Under the pieces are notes generated by a model. It made no database searches. It was given only the letters and a program-made list of their open reading frames with translations, and had not been told where the DNA came from. This document shows, piece by piece, positions 53,024 through 64,000 of a DNA stretch of 64,000 nucleotides. Positions within the stretch are counted from its first letter, which is position 1, and the number at the start of each line of letters is the position of its first letter. The translations under genes were made by a program, and so were the position numbers. Source of the stretch: Lama guanicoe (taxonomy: Eukaryota); the NCBI GenBank assembly GCA_013239625.1, contig MU054120.1:124001-188000 (forward strand), written 5' to 3'.

Positions 53024-53531
53024 TGTATCAGTGAGAAATGCTTTTGACTCTTAAGTATTACTATCCAAATAACAGCTATTTAAACCAGAGGGGCATTTAT
53101 TATTCACTTAAAATGAGGTCTGGAGGCAGGAAACCACTCAGTGGGTTCAACAATGGTCACTGCCTTTCCACTTGGAATTATTCTTAGGGTGTATGCTTTT
53201 TCACCCATGTGCATGTTATCACCTCCCCTTTCCCAGAAATAGATGTCTGGCTAAGCTCCAGACATTATGATATACACGTGTAAGGCTGGGGAGCACTGAC
53301 TAGGGGAAGAGAGCCAACTCCCTTGTTCCTCATCCGTTCATCTAGAAATGATCTTTTTTGCAGAAATTTCCCCCGTTAGGTTTCCCCTGACACCTCAGCA
53401 TCCCGAGCTACATTATATGGACACCTGTGCAGTGAAAGAGACCTCCTTTACAGCACAAAAGAAGGGAAGCCTGCAAGGGATAAAAGGCTGAGGAGTGGCT
53501 TTGGGGTAACCAACCAACAATGTCGCTGCAC
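53024..53531 (-). mobile_element. MLT1 (J/K-like) MaLR LTR
   Basis: tgtatcagtgagaaatgcttttgact...ttaaaccaga..ggcatttatt..tcac...gaggtctggaggcagg; ends ggggtaaccaaccaacaatgtcgctgcac. Confidence 0.65.
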
Positions 53532-56380
53532 TGTAACCAAAGGAAGTTCAATACATCATCTTGAGAACATAACCTCCTCAGCCTGCGTTTGCTGCCATTC
53601 ACTCACATCCGTACAGGAGTCTGTTTTTTGTTTGTTTGTTTGTTTGTTTTAACAACTATGGCAAGGTGACCTTAACAGTCCAGGTCCTCTGTCCAAATTT
53701 CATTTGGGACATGAAGGTTATTAGTTGGTTTTTAGATGTGCCCCTAGTTTTAGTCATTGTTCCCCCCATAAGTAAACACCATTCTATTCAGGTCAAAGCA
53801 TCAGTCCCACCTGTTAAGTAAGCAATTTGTGGCAATAAAATCGTTGACCCTCTTTTTAAGATGAGGCCACTAAGTCTGGTCTCTGTATTTCTTTGGAGTA
53901 ATTTTATTGTTAGAGCCTCATTAGCCAGCCTACTTTCAGGAGACCAGTCAGAGAGTGAGAGGTAACATTGTAAACTCGTCTCCTGTCTCCATTTGTCTAT
54001 AAAGATAAACGTAAAGATGACTCCTTACTTATTCTTATCTGAAGGAATATCTGAATCAAGGTGAGTTTCTTTCCCTGCTCTCAAAGCAAAGCAAGTGGTG
54101 ATAATTCCCTCCCTACCACACACTTCTTTAAAATAATGTCATTCCCATTTCATCTGGGCATCCTATTACCCAGATATTCCCAGGAAGTCATTGTCTTCTT
54201 GCATTATTGACACCACTTAGAGTAAAAGAAAACTCAGTTCTGATCAGTCACTGAAACCAAAGAGGCTCCTTCCTCTCCTCATCTTGCCCTTCAGAATATG
54301 ATAGGAGATGGAATGACTCCATCCATGTGCACCTGGCTGTGGAATTTTTCGTCTCAGAAGGAGTTCTAACAGTGGGGTTGAGGAAGCTGGTACGGTAACC
54401 ACAAGGAATGATAATCAGATTCTTCAACCCCCATAGAAACCCATGGTGCACTTGATTAACCTTGAGAGGCTCTAGGAAATGTTTCCAGAATAATTAAACA
54501 AAACATACTGGCCAGGCTTAGCCTTGCATATGGAATCCGAGGAGCTCATCTTAAGCCAGGTAGGAAATATCTGGGGGAAAAAAAAAAAGCAAGAAAGCTG
54601 TTTTCCATTTTTTTTTAACAAAACAACTCATTATTTCCCTCATAACAGAGTTAAATTCAAATTCTCAGGGATGATGGGAAGCAGAGTCTCTACATATGTC
54701 TCAGGAAAACCCTCACCAGTCCTATTTTAAGAGGAACATCAGGCAGACCTGGATTCTGCCCAGAAACCCCTTTGCCTTCTTGCTGGCATCATCCCAGCCC
54801 AACTCACTGGTGGCAAGAGCAGGTCTACCTCCCTGACTCTTTCGCTCCTAACACTATTTCTTCCTCATAGTGGAAGTTCAACAAATAATAGTTTAACAAA
54901 ATATGAATGTATAATACTTAAAAAGAAATGTTTTATTGAACAACTACATGAACGAGAGTAGCAGTTTGACCATGCAGTGGGAAACGTGCAGAGCAAATGG
55001 GGACAAGCAAAATAACTTCAGATGACAAAGACAGCTCATGTGGAAGGACAAGTTCAGCTTCCAAGCCTATCAGGCAGCAGGACGCCAAAGAAAGGTGACT
55101 TACGTTGAAAGCAGAGATAGCCTGACAGTAAAAGGTGAAGGAAGATGACAGGTGCTTCCAATGACATTAGAGTTGAAAGAGTTTCCTGAGGCATAGAGAG
55201 TCTGTGTCTAAAATAAATGTGATGCTTGATGGGTTTGATATTCACTGGAAACCTCTGGGAAAACATTTCAAGTAGTTTTCTTTGCAAATCTTTTTCTCGG
55301 TAAAGTATAGAGTGGGAATGTGTCACCTAAAACCCGAGCAACTTGCTTCCCTTGGCAGCAAAGTCATCTCTATTCATAGAATGGGCATGTTCCTGAGCCT
55401 TAGCAATTTATGTTTCTTTTATTGTCAGAACACATATCAGCCCAGCAAGTCTCAGTTCATGTGCTTGACATATTTCAGTGTTATATTGCAAAATAAAACA
55501 TCCTTTTTCTTCATGTGCACTGGGTTTTCAGGTGGGAGTTCTCACATTACAAACCCATTGGTCACCTACAGCTCCTCCACCCATTGACCCTAGCCTCCGT
55601 TTATGCACTACGCATTTGACAACAGCATCGTTACAGTCCCCTCCGGGTAGGAATAAGCCCTTGCTAAAGAATCCACAGAGCAGAAATAACTAGGCACTGA
55701 TACACACAGGTTTGAATATTTTCTGTCATTATGTCCATTTCCTAGGGTAATCTATGGGAAATTCCAGACGGGTTGTTACCCGTTTCCTTAATAAAAATAT
55801 TACTACTCACATCATATGTACCTCACCAAAATGAAAATATTTCAAACGAAAACATTCTTACTAACAATGTAGTGAAATATATGTTGTTGCAAACTCATGT
55901 CACAATTTTTCAAGTGAAATAACAGAAAAAGAAATAAATAAGAAACCAAAACTTTTAAATCTAGTTCCAGATACATTTTTTTTGCTTTTAAATATGAAAT
56001 TTAAAAACCATTGCCTACTTTATGCACATTTTAGAAGATTTCTCTCAGCTGTATCAAGTAAGTTCCTATACATTATTTCAGATGAGACATAATATTTTTC
56101 CTACTTTTTTTAGATTTCTGTTTAATTGTTAGAATATTGTGACATCCTGATAGTCTAAAAATATTAAAATGTAATTACTTTTTTTTTTAATTTTTGTAAA
56201 CACAAAGACTTTTACTTGAGCTTCAGTTTCTTCAAGGGCACATGAGGTATTTTAAATAGAGGATACTTAAGGTCTTCCCCTGTTCTAAGAATCAATGACT
56301 GATTAACATTACAAGGGAAGAAAGATGAGATTTTTCTGCAAAACCTCATTCTTCTTATTTCTGAGCATCACCTTTCTAAC

Positions 56381-56872
56381 TGTGCTAGCTAGTTTCCAAA
56401 GATGCCTACGCCCACAACCTACACTCTCCCGTGACCTTCTCTTAATCAGTGGAATGTGGTAGGAGTGATAATGTGTGACTCCCATTGCTAAATCACAAGA
56501 AACCAAGGCTTCGACCTGGGCATCCTGGCACACTTGCTCTGGGGAAGCCAGCAGCCACGTACATAATTCAGCTCTAGTGATGTTATCATGCTGTAAGGAG
56601 GTCCAAGCTTGCCATGTTGAAAGGCTACACAGGAATCAAAAGACATCCAGTCGGTTCCCACGTTGGTTGAGCACTAGCCTTATGAGTGAAAGAGCCATGG
56701 TGGATATTCACCCCATTGGGCCTTCCAGATGATTCTTGCTGCAGCTGCAGTCTTTCTGCAACTACATGAGAGATATGAACCCAGTCAATCCACTCTGAGA
56801 GATAATACATTGTTGTAAGTGACCAAGATTTGGGGGATGATTTGTTACACAGCAATAGGTAAACAAATACCA
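56381..56872 (+). mobile_element. MLT1 (F/G-like) MaLR LTR
   Basis: tgtgctagctagtttccaaagatg...cacttgctctggggaagccagcagccacgt...gatttgggggatgatttgttacacagcaataggtaa. Confidence 0.85.
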
Positions 56873-58134
56873 ACTACATTTTTAATCTACAGTCTTCATC
56901 AAAGCCCTAATCTATCACATTGATGCAGTTTTCCTCTCATATGTTGATCTTTATCCTTTTATTTTTTTCCCCAAAATGATAAGCCTCACATTTTGAAAGA
57001 CATAAGTAGCCTGTTTGATAGTATATATCCTGTACAAAGACATTAGGAAGCCTGGCTTTTTAATCCTCATTTTACATAATAGTTGAGTTTCCCACAACTT
57101 TAAGCAAGTCATTGGCTGCTTTTTTCTGGATCTCATTGTATACAGTTCATGTAATTATAACAGAATTGATTGCACTGAGTACATAATAACGCCAAGAAAC
57201 AACTACAAAACTGGGAACTGAAAAACTGTAAATTCTACTATGAAAGACAGTTTTCTATAACAGAAAATTTTAAGTTCTCTGCTCCATCCCAGAATTTTTT
57301 ATGATCTGCTTGATACCCCTAAGGCTCATATTTATATCAGCCATCTCTTCATTTAAAAAAAAATGGTAAGAAAAAAATGACCTTATGTTTATCTCAAATG
57401 TTAATGTCACATTTAATTACATAGATAAGAAGTTGTATCTGATTCTATGCTTAATATTAAAAATTCTTATCTAAGTAATGGTGATAAGAGAAAATAATGT
57501 GTTTTTCTAGTTACTGTACTGTGCACATTTAATTAAGATCATCTTTTCTAAGTCCTGTCCTCTCCTCACCCTACACCCTTTGGGAAACACAGGAAAGGTC
57601 TGAAGTCTATGGAGGGTGGTCAGTTCAATGTTTAGAGAGAAGGAAGAATTGCAATAGTTGCAAACAAGTGAGCAAAACTAGCGCCCAAAAAAGGGGACAG
57701 AGCAGGTTGCTGGAGCTAAAGAAAATGTTTGGAGTTTCCCTCTGAGTCTGGGTGCCTGGATTTTTAAGACTTCCCTTCTTTGGTCATCAATTTCTTCAAG
57801 AAATAATAAAAACATCTAGACCCCCCCAAATATAAACTATTTTGTTAGTAGGATGCAAGCGTGAGTTTGAATTTTGAGTAGCACTATTGATTGAATAGGA
57901 TGACGTGATGGTGAAGTGGACCAGCCGATCACATTTGTGATGGCTTATGAAATCCAGAGGCGTGACCTCTAACCTCACCGAAGGAGACGGGCTGAGGTTC
58001 ATTTTAGGCATAGCCCATCTATGCCACACAGGATCTCCAAGAATGCTGACCGCTGCTAAAAACAGTGTTTTCTCAGTTCAGACTAGAGGAGCACGTTGAT
58101 ACCAACTGCAGAGACACCTCCCTTCCCTTTTCCT

Positions 58135-58465
58135 CCCCATTCGCCCGCCCAGGGAGGGCTGTAAGTTGTGCCCTCCCTGCCTCCCGCTCCAGGGCTGAGA
58201 CGGCGCAGCGGTATGTGTGCAAGCCTGTTCTTCTTAAAAGAGTGGTCCTTGACACCGGTCACCACCAAAAATGAAGTAACCCAAAACATTTCTTCCTGGG
58301 CAGCTACGTGACTTCCTTACCATCCTCAGAGCGTAAGAGCGCGGGGAACTAGTCCCCGGGGGTGGGATCCAGCCCCGCGCGGAGCTTGCATGCGAGGCCC
58401 ACTGGGCTCCGGTGGCGGAAGAAACCTGCGAAATTCTCTCCCCGCTGTCCCACCCTAGTCGGGAA
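58135..58465. promoter_or_regulatory. Small CpG island / candidate promoter or enhancer
   Basis: About 20 CpGs in ~330 bp by manual count, in an otherwise CpG-depleted window; no repeat signature recognised. Confidence 0.55.
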
Positions 58466-59599
58466 CTACTGGGTACTTGAAGAAGAGGTTACAGAATGTA
58501 GGTTAAACAGACAAATTATCATTGAAAAAGAAATGTATGTGGAAGAAGAGATTTATTACCAAGTTTACATAAATATTGAGTTGATTTTTGACATGTAGGG
58601 AAAAACCGAAGCCAGTGGTTTTTAGTGATCAAAACCAGATTATAAAACTGCACACAACAGTTTTCCTCGTGACTTTTTTTGGAAGGAAGGAGGGAAGGGT
58701 TTGCCTGACATATATGTCTGGTGATACATACATTTAAATCTATTTGCCAGTGTTTCTATTTTTAACCTATCCATGTAGGTTAAAGCTGTATATTTTCTCA
58801 GTCTTTAATGGTTGTTAAATGAGTCTGTTCTCAAACACCAACGATAATAATTTTAGAGTCCAAGACAAAAGTGTTCCTGTCAGTTCCTCTCTGAATATTA
58901 ATGTACTAAGCTTATTGCTAGATTACATGATTAAAATAACAGATTTTAATAACTTTCAAAAGCATAAAGCATAAAAGTTATGGTCATATATCTGCTGGTA
59001 TAAATTTTGCTTATTCAACACTAGGGGTTGTTTCTGTATTCACAGCTAGAGAAAAATAAGCAAAAGTTTTCTTCCAAACTAGCATTACTTGTTTGCAAAA
59101 TACCTGAAGACAAAATAGAAGATACATATTTTTATAATATTTTACAACGAGGTTACTTCATAATATTTGAGTAGAATGGTGTTTCCCAAACTGTCTTTGT
59201 GTACTTGTACTTTTACTTAGAAAAATTTTTTAAAAATTCAGCAAACACTTGCTTGAAAGACTTGAGAAACATCAGATTTTTATTGGCTCTCAGAGCCTTT
59301 AAAATACTAGTATGAATTGGGAATCTCCAAAAAAGGCATGTAGTATACAGAGTTTGCTAAATATATTTGAGCACAAAACCTTTCGGCACATGTGCATGTG
59401 TGTGTGTATTGAACATTTCTTAACCCATAAAAGAAGTAGTTCTCTGACCTCACAGCTTGGAGGAAAATACTGGTGCATAATATGATTTTTGGAACCATAT
59501 CTCATCTCACAAGCACATGCAAACACACGTATATCCATAAAACTCCCCTAATATCAAAGCAACTGCATATATAAAAGCAGAATAGAATTCATAAAAATG

Positions 59600-59760
59600 A
59601 TTAGAATATCTGGTTTTAAAATGATAGTTTTAGAGACCCCTAAAAATAAACATTCTGATTCAGTAAGTCTTGGGAAGAGGTCAGAAACCTCTATTTTTAA
59701 GAAGCACTCTATGTAATTCTGATACAGAGCCCTGTGTGTCTTACTTAGAGAAACACTGAC
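59600..59760. mobile_element. MER5A-type MITE
   Basis: attctgattcagtaagtcttggg..gaggtcagaaacctctatttttaagaagcactc..tgtaattctgat...gagaaacactg. Confidence 0.7.
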
Positions 59761-60589
59761 CAAACATTATACTTCTGATAAATTTATTTTTTTGTATATG
59801 TGTGTGTATCACAGCACAGTATTAAAAAGTGAACAAAGATGAAAATGTACTGTTAAATTTAGGCAAAGGAAGCGTTCTCCTCCTCGTTTATTTTCCCACT
59901 TCCCCTATGACGGTTGAGGAGTGGGAGATATCTCATTGGCTGGCATGTTTTATTGGTCATTGTTCCTGATTAAATATTGAGTGCATCTAGGTTTGGCCTT
60001 TTAACGTACCTAGAAAGCCTTTGCTCAAAAAGAGCAGCCCCAGGCAGGCATCTTGAAGTCTCTATTTGGCCCATTTTGCACAAATCCTCATTTCTGGAAT
60101 TAGGTGGTGAGGATGAGAAGAGGGAGAGAAAAGTAAAGGATTAACCATTTGTGGGCCTTTGATACCTCCTCAGTTTGTTCCTCCTCTCATTCCCTCCCCA
60201 CCAAGTACCAGAGATGGCTGACATAAGAGAAATTTCCATCATGGTTGTGGAAATCAGATATCCACAGTGGGTTTGACACACTAGCAGGTTGGAGTTTATC
60301 AATGAACAGCAACAGAGGAAGGCTGGCCCTCAGCATATGTGGAATGGTTCATCTTTCTGAGTTGAAGGGAAAGAAAATATAAATAAACTAATCACAGACC
60401 CAAAGGCTACAAGTATAACCAAAGACATACGCACACTGGATGGGAGAATCAGGTTGTCCCAGAAATTGTGGAGAGACATCAGAAGGCTGAGCTATTATTG
60501 AATGTTTAAGGTAACAGTGAACTGCTTTTCAGAGATCATAGTACACTGGAAGTTGCAGAAGGCAAACTAAAGGGAATAGAGGCAAATTA

Positions 60590-61305
60590 TTATTTTTTTA
60601 AATTGAAGTATAATTGACATTCAACATTATGTTAATTTCAGGCATACAATATAATGATCCAATATTTGTATATATTGAGAAATGATCACCATAAGTCTAG
60701 TAAAAATCTGTCACCATACATAGTGACAAAATTTTTTTCTTGTGATGAAGACCTCTGAGATTCACGGTCTTAGCAACTTCAAATATACAATATGCAATAC
60801 TGTTCATTTTACAGCCCCATGATGTATTTATTTTATAACTGGAAATTTCTACCTTTGGACTCTCTTCACCCTGTTCATTCTAAGCCTATGGCAACCACAA
60901 ATCTATTCCCTGTATCTGTGAGCATTTTGTTTCGTTGTTTGTATTTGTTTTTAAGATTCCACATATGAGTGAGATCTATGGTATTTGTCTTTATCTGAGT
61001 TATTGCATTTACCATAATGCTTTCCAGGTTCATCCATGTTGTCACAAATTCAAAGTTTCATTCTGTCTTATAGTTGAATAGTATTCCATTGTATACATAT
61101 GTTACATTTTCTTTATCCATTTATCCATCAATGGACACTTAGGTGGTTTCCATGAACTTAAGGGTGCATATATCTTTTCAAATTAGTGTTTTCATTTTCT
61201 TAGAATAAATACTTAGAAGTGGGATTGCTGGATCATAGGATAGTTCTAATTTTAATTTTTTGAGAATCTCCATACTGTTTTCCATAGTGGTTGGACCACT
61301 ATGTA
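60590..61305 (-). mobile_element. L1MA9-like 3' end
   Basis: aattgaagtataattgacat..aacattatgttaatttcaggcatacaa...tagcaacttcaaatatacaat...agattccacatatgagtgagatc...ggattgctggatcata. Confidence 0.9.
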
Positions 61306-62629
61306 AGTTTTTAATATTTGTATTAATTTGATTTTATCCTAAAAGTAAATACCAGGCTCCTGGGACAGAGGTCAAAGTTATTATAATTTACAGCAACGGC
61401 TATGCCAGTTTCCCACCTCCAGTGCTCCACAGATGAAACACTGAGAGCCAGGATCACACCTGCACAGGTGGAATCTGTTCTGCAGAACAAAACTCTTGAA
61501 ATTAAATCTGGGAGTTTATTCAGGTACAAGCTGCCCTCTCTCTTTGAGAGAGAGGGAGTAAACCTTTGTTTCTCTAGTTCTTTGCATTCCACCAGAATAT
61601 AATGACCGGTTGCCTAGCTCCAGGTTTCACTTCCCTTTGAAATATAAACACAAAGGGAGAGAACCTTCTTCCTCCAGGGATTTCTAGCCTGTCAATCACT
61701 CTTTAACTTCCAAGGCCTGTGCTTTAACCCAGGCGCTAGCAACATTGGTGCAGAAAGTCCTAACCACGTAGAAGCATTAAACCATTCACTCCCCAACTAG
61801 GATTATTTCTATTTGAAATGGTTATCCACTCACTTGACAATCTGAAATCCACTACGTTCATTTTACCGTCATTGTTCTCACCGGAACTGAGCCAATGACA
61901 CCTTTCTTTCAGCATCCTTTAGATGATGCTCTGGGTAATCAGGACTGAGGAACTCCCTGCCCAAATGACCCCAAGCTCACCTTCAGGGACTGGGTAGGAT
62001 TTTTTCCCCTAGGATAAGTGACATAAATATCTAAACTTGGACTGTCTACATGCTTTCCTACAAGATTGCTCATAATAAGGGTAGGAGGAGACAGGAAATA
62101 GTTTTAGAATGGAGAACAGGGCCCAAACACTGGCTCTCTTTGTGCCATAATGTTCCAGCACAGAATCCCCAGAAGTCCAAAAATTCTAACTTTAAGTCTG
62201 TTTCTGTAACTTATTGTGATGATATATTTATCAAGGTTAAATGATAGAACTTATTTTTTTATCAGTTTGTTAGCTTGATTGACAATTTTTAAATATCTAG
62301 GCTTATGGTACATAAGTGTCTATTTGAACTTTGATGAGAAACCTGCAGATGTTAAGCTCTGGCCCACATCCCCACTTCTTTTAAGCCTTGGGCTCAACCA
62401 ACGCCTAGGTCCCTGGGGTAGTGGGGAGACTTGCCTTCCACTCCAAGAACTTGCCAAAGTTTTGTTTTGCATTTTTATTTCAAACAAGGACATTGTGGGC
62501 TTACTAAAATTTCAGATACTAGCTTTTAGGTAATAAATTATATTCAGATGAGTTTTAGACAATGACGACTCAAATCTGAAACATGGGCTGTAGAGGTCTG
62601 TGCACTTTATTATTTACATAATTTATGAT

Positions 62630-63040
62630 TCTGGCTGCACACCGCTTTCCTCCTGATTCTCACTGCACTGGACATTGCTGGGCATTGCTCAGCCCCTTAA
62701 ACGCAGCAAGCTCTTCCCTGCTTCGGGGCCTTTGACAGTCCTGTTATTTCTGTGTGAATTGTTCCTCCTGTCCTTTGACTTAGCCTAGCTAAATCCACTC
62801 ATACGCAAGGGCTTAGCTTAAATGCACTCTCCTCTTTTGAGATTAGGTTAAGGCTTCTCCTCATTTCCTTCTCCCTTGCCCCCTTATAGTCTCATTCAAT
62901 TTAATCCCACAACTAACTACTGTCTGCTTGTTCCTCTACTAGAGTGAATCCCTGCCTGTTTGTGCATCAGGTTATTTCCAGTGTCTAGAACACTGCCTTC
63001 TGCGTAAAAAGCCTTCAGACTTGCTAGCTGCTCAGTGTTT
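62630..63040 (+). mobile_element. L2 LINE 3' region
   Basis: caagctcttccctgcttcggggcctttg...tgtctgcttgttcctctactagagtgaa...tatttccagtgtctagaacactgcc. Confidence 0.7.
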
Positions 63041-63300
63041 TGCAAGTTTATATAATAATGAGTATATCCCTGTAGCCTAGTAATGTGTGAAAGGCTGGTG
63101 TGCAGAACGCTTTATCGTGAATTATACATTCCAACTTTGAAATGTCTCCTTAAGTAATTCCATGCAAGCAACAAGAGTTATTATTTAAGGGTTTTAAACT
63201 CTTGGAGCCCTGCAGCAAGTTTGTTCCTTCACTTAAAAACAATTTTGGCTTTCTCTTCCCAAACATTTCAGCACCGTGTGCTAGTGCACTTAAAAAAAAC

Positions 63301-63331
<31 letters not shown>

Positions 63332-63334
63332 AAA
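63301..63334. repeat. (GAAA)n microsatellite
   Basis: Directly visible. Confidence 0.9.
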
Positions 63335-63822
63335 ACAAAATTCCATTATTTAGAGATACACTGTGGGGCTGCAGACCGAATTTGCCCTTTCTATATTATT
63401 CTTTCACTGACTTTAGCTTGATTTATTGTAGCTCAGTCTAATCCTTTTCTTGTCAGTTCAATGATCCAGTTTTCATAATTTTCATACCAGGTTAAAATAA
63501 AATCACGTCTCCAAGGAGTCTAATGGGCGACTAACACATCATTGGTTAAACTCACTGTCATCAATAGCTCAGGCATGCTTGCCCCATCTTTGGGGAATAA
63601 ATCCTGAGAATAGATGAATTTTTCTTTGAAAAGCATTAGCATCTTGGTTTTTCCATTTGTGTCATTAAAGAAAGGAAAAGACATAACTATACACTGAACT
63701 ACATGTTGAAATGTGGGCATTAGCTATGTATACATGTATGTGTTACCATGTTTACTACCTGTAGCCCAGGGAGTTAAAAAGTATTCTGAGAAGCCCTCTG
63801 AGGTAGAAATAGAATGCACACT

Positions 63823-63845
63823 ATATATATATATATATATATATT
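63823..63845. repeat. (TA)n microsatellite
   Basis: Directly visible. Confidence 0.9.
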
Positions 63846-63864
63846 CATTCCATAGATATATACG

Positions 63865-64000
63865 GTTTTTGATCAGGCTCCTATAACAGAGTGCCATAGA
63901 CTAGCTGATTTAAACAATGTTTATTTCTCACAGTTCTGGAAGCTGGAAGTCTGAGATCTGGGTGCCAGGGTGCTAGGTTTTTGGTGAGGTTCCTCCTCCT
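63865..64000 (-). mobile_element. MLT1A/B-type MaLR LTR, running off the window end
   Basis: ggctcctataacagagtgccatagact...tttatttctcacagttctggaagctggaagtctgagatc.gggtgccag. Confidence 0.85.

Noticed and set aside
53939..54066. Possible exon (tttcag...AAG|gtgagt)
   Set aside because: Short pyrimidine tract and no recognisable coding signal; such site pairs are common by chance.
61534..61556. 10-bp hairpin ccctctctct/agagagaggg
   Set aside because: Low-complexity CT/GA dinucleotides, probably within a degenerate LTR; no RNA-gene context.
63267..63287. TTCAGCACC as an RE1/NRSE element
   Set aside because: Only the left half-site matches; the GGACAG half is missing.
1..64000. CRISPR arrays, operons, rRNA or tRNA genes
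   Set aside because: Mammalian repeat-rich DNA; no repeat-spacer array or structural RNA gene was recognised.

Overview
AT-rich mammalian (eutherian) genomic DNA, probably from a camelid. This is an inference from the L1 3'-end motifs and the absence of recognisable ruminant, pig or primate SINEs. I found no intact protein-coding gene; the window looks intergenic or deep-intronic and is dominated by transposable elements (L1s of several ages, MIR, L2, CR1/L3, MaLR, ERVL, ERV1 solo LTRs, Tigger1, hAT MITEs). The standout feature is a TSD-bounded chimeric retrocopy at 41549-43925. It consists of spliced NSUN6 coding exons, joined at what I recall is the NSUN6 exon boundary to an ORF1-only (HAL1-like) L1. 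This points to a splice-mediated 5' transduction from an L1 inside an NSUN6 intron. Other notable items: a 129-bp local duplication inserted into an old L1, a candidate recursive splice site or 8-nt microexon at ~19080, a Tigger1 with an internal inversion, and a small CpG island at ~58.1-58.5 kb. All repeat-family names and NSUN6 exon boundaries come from recalled consensus/reference sequences, not from a search.
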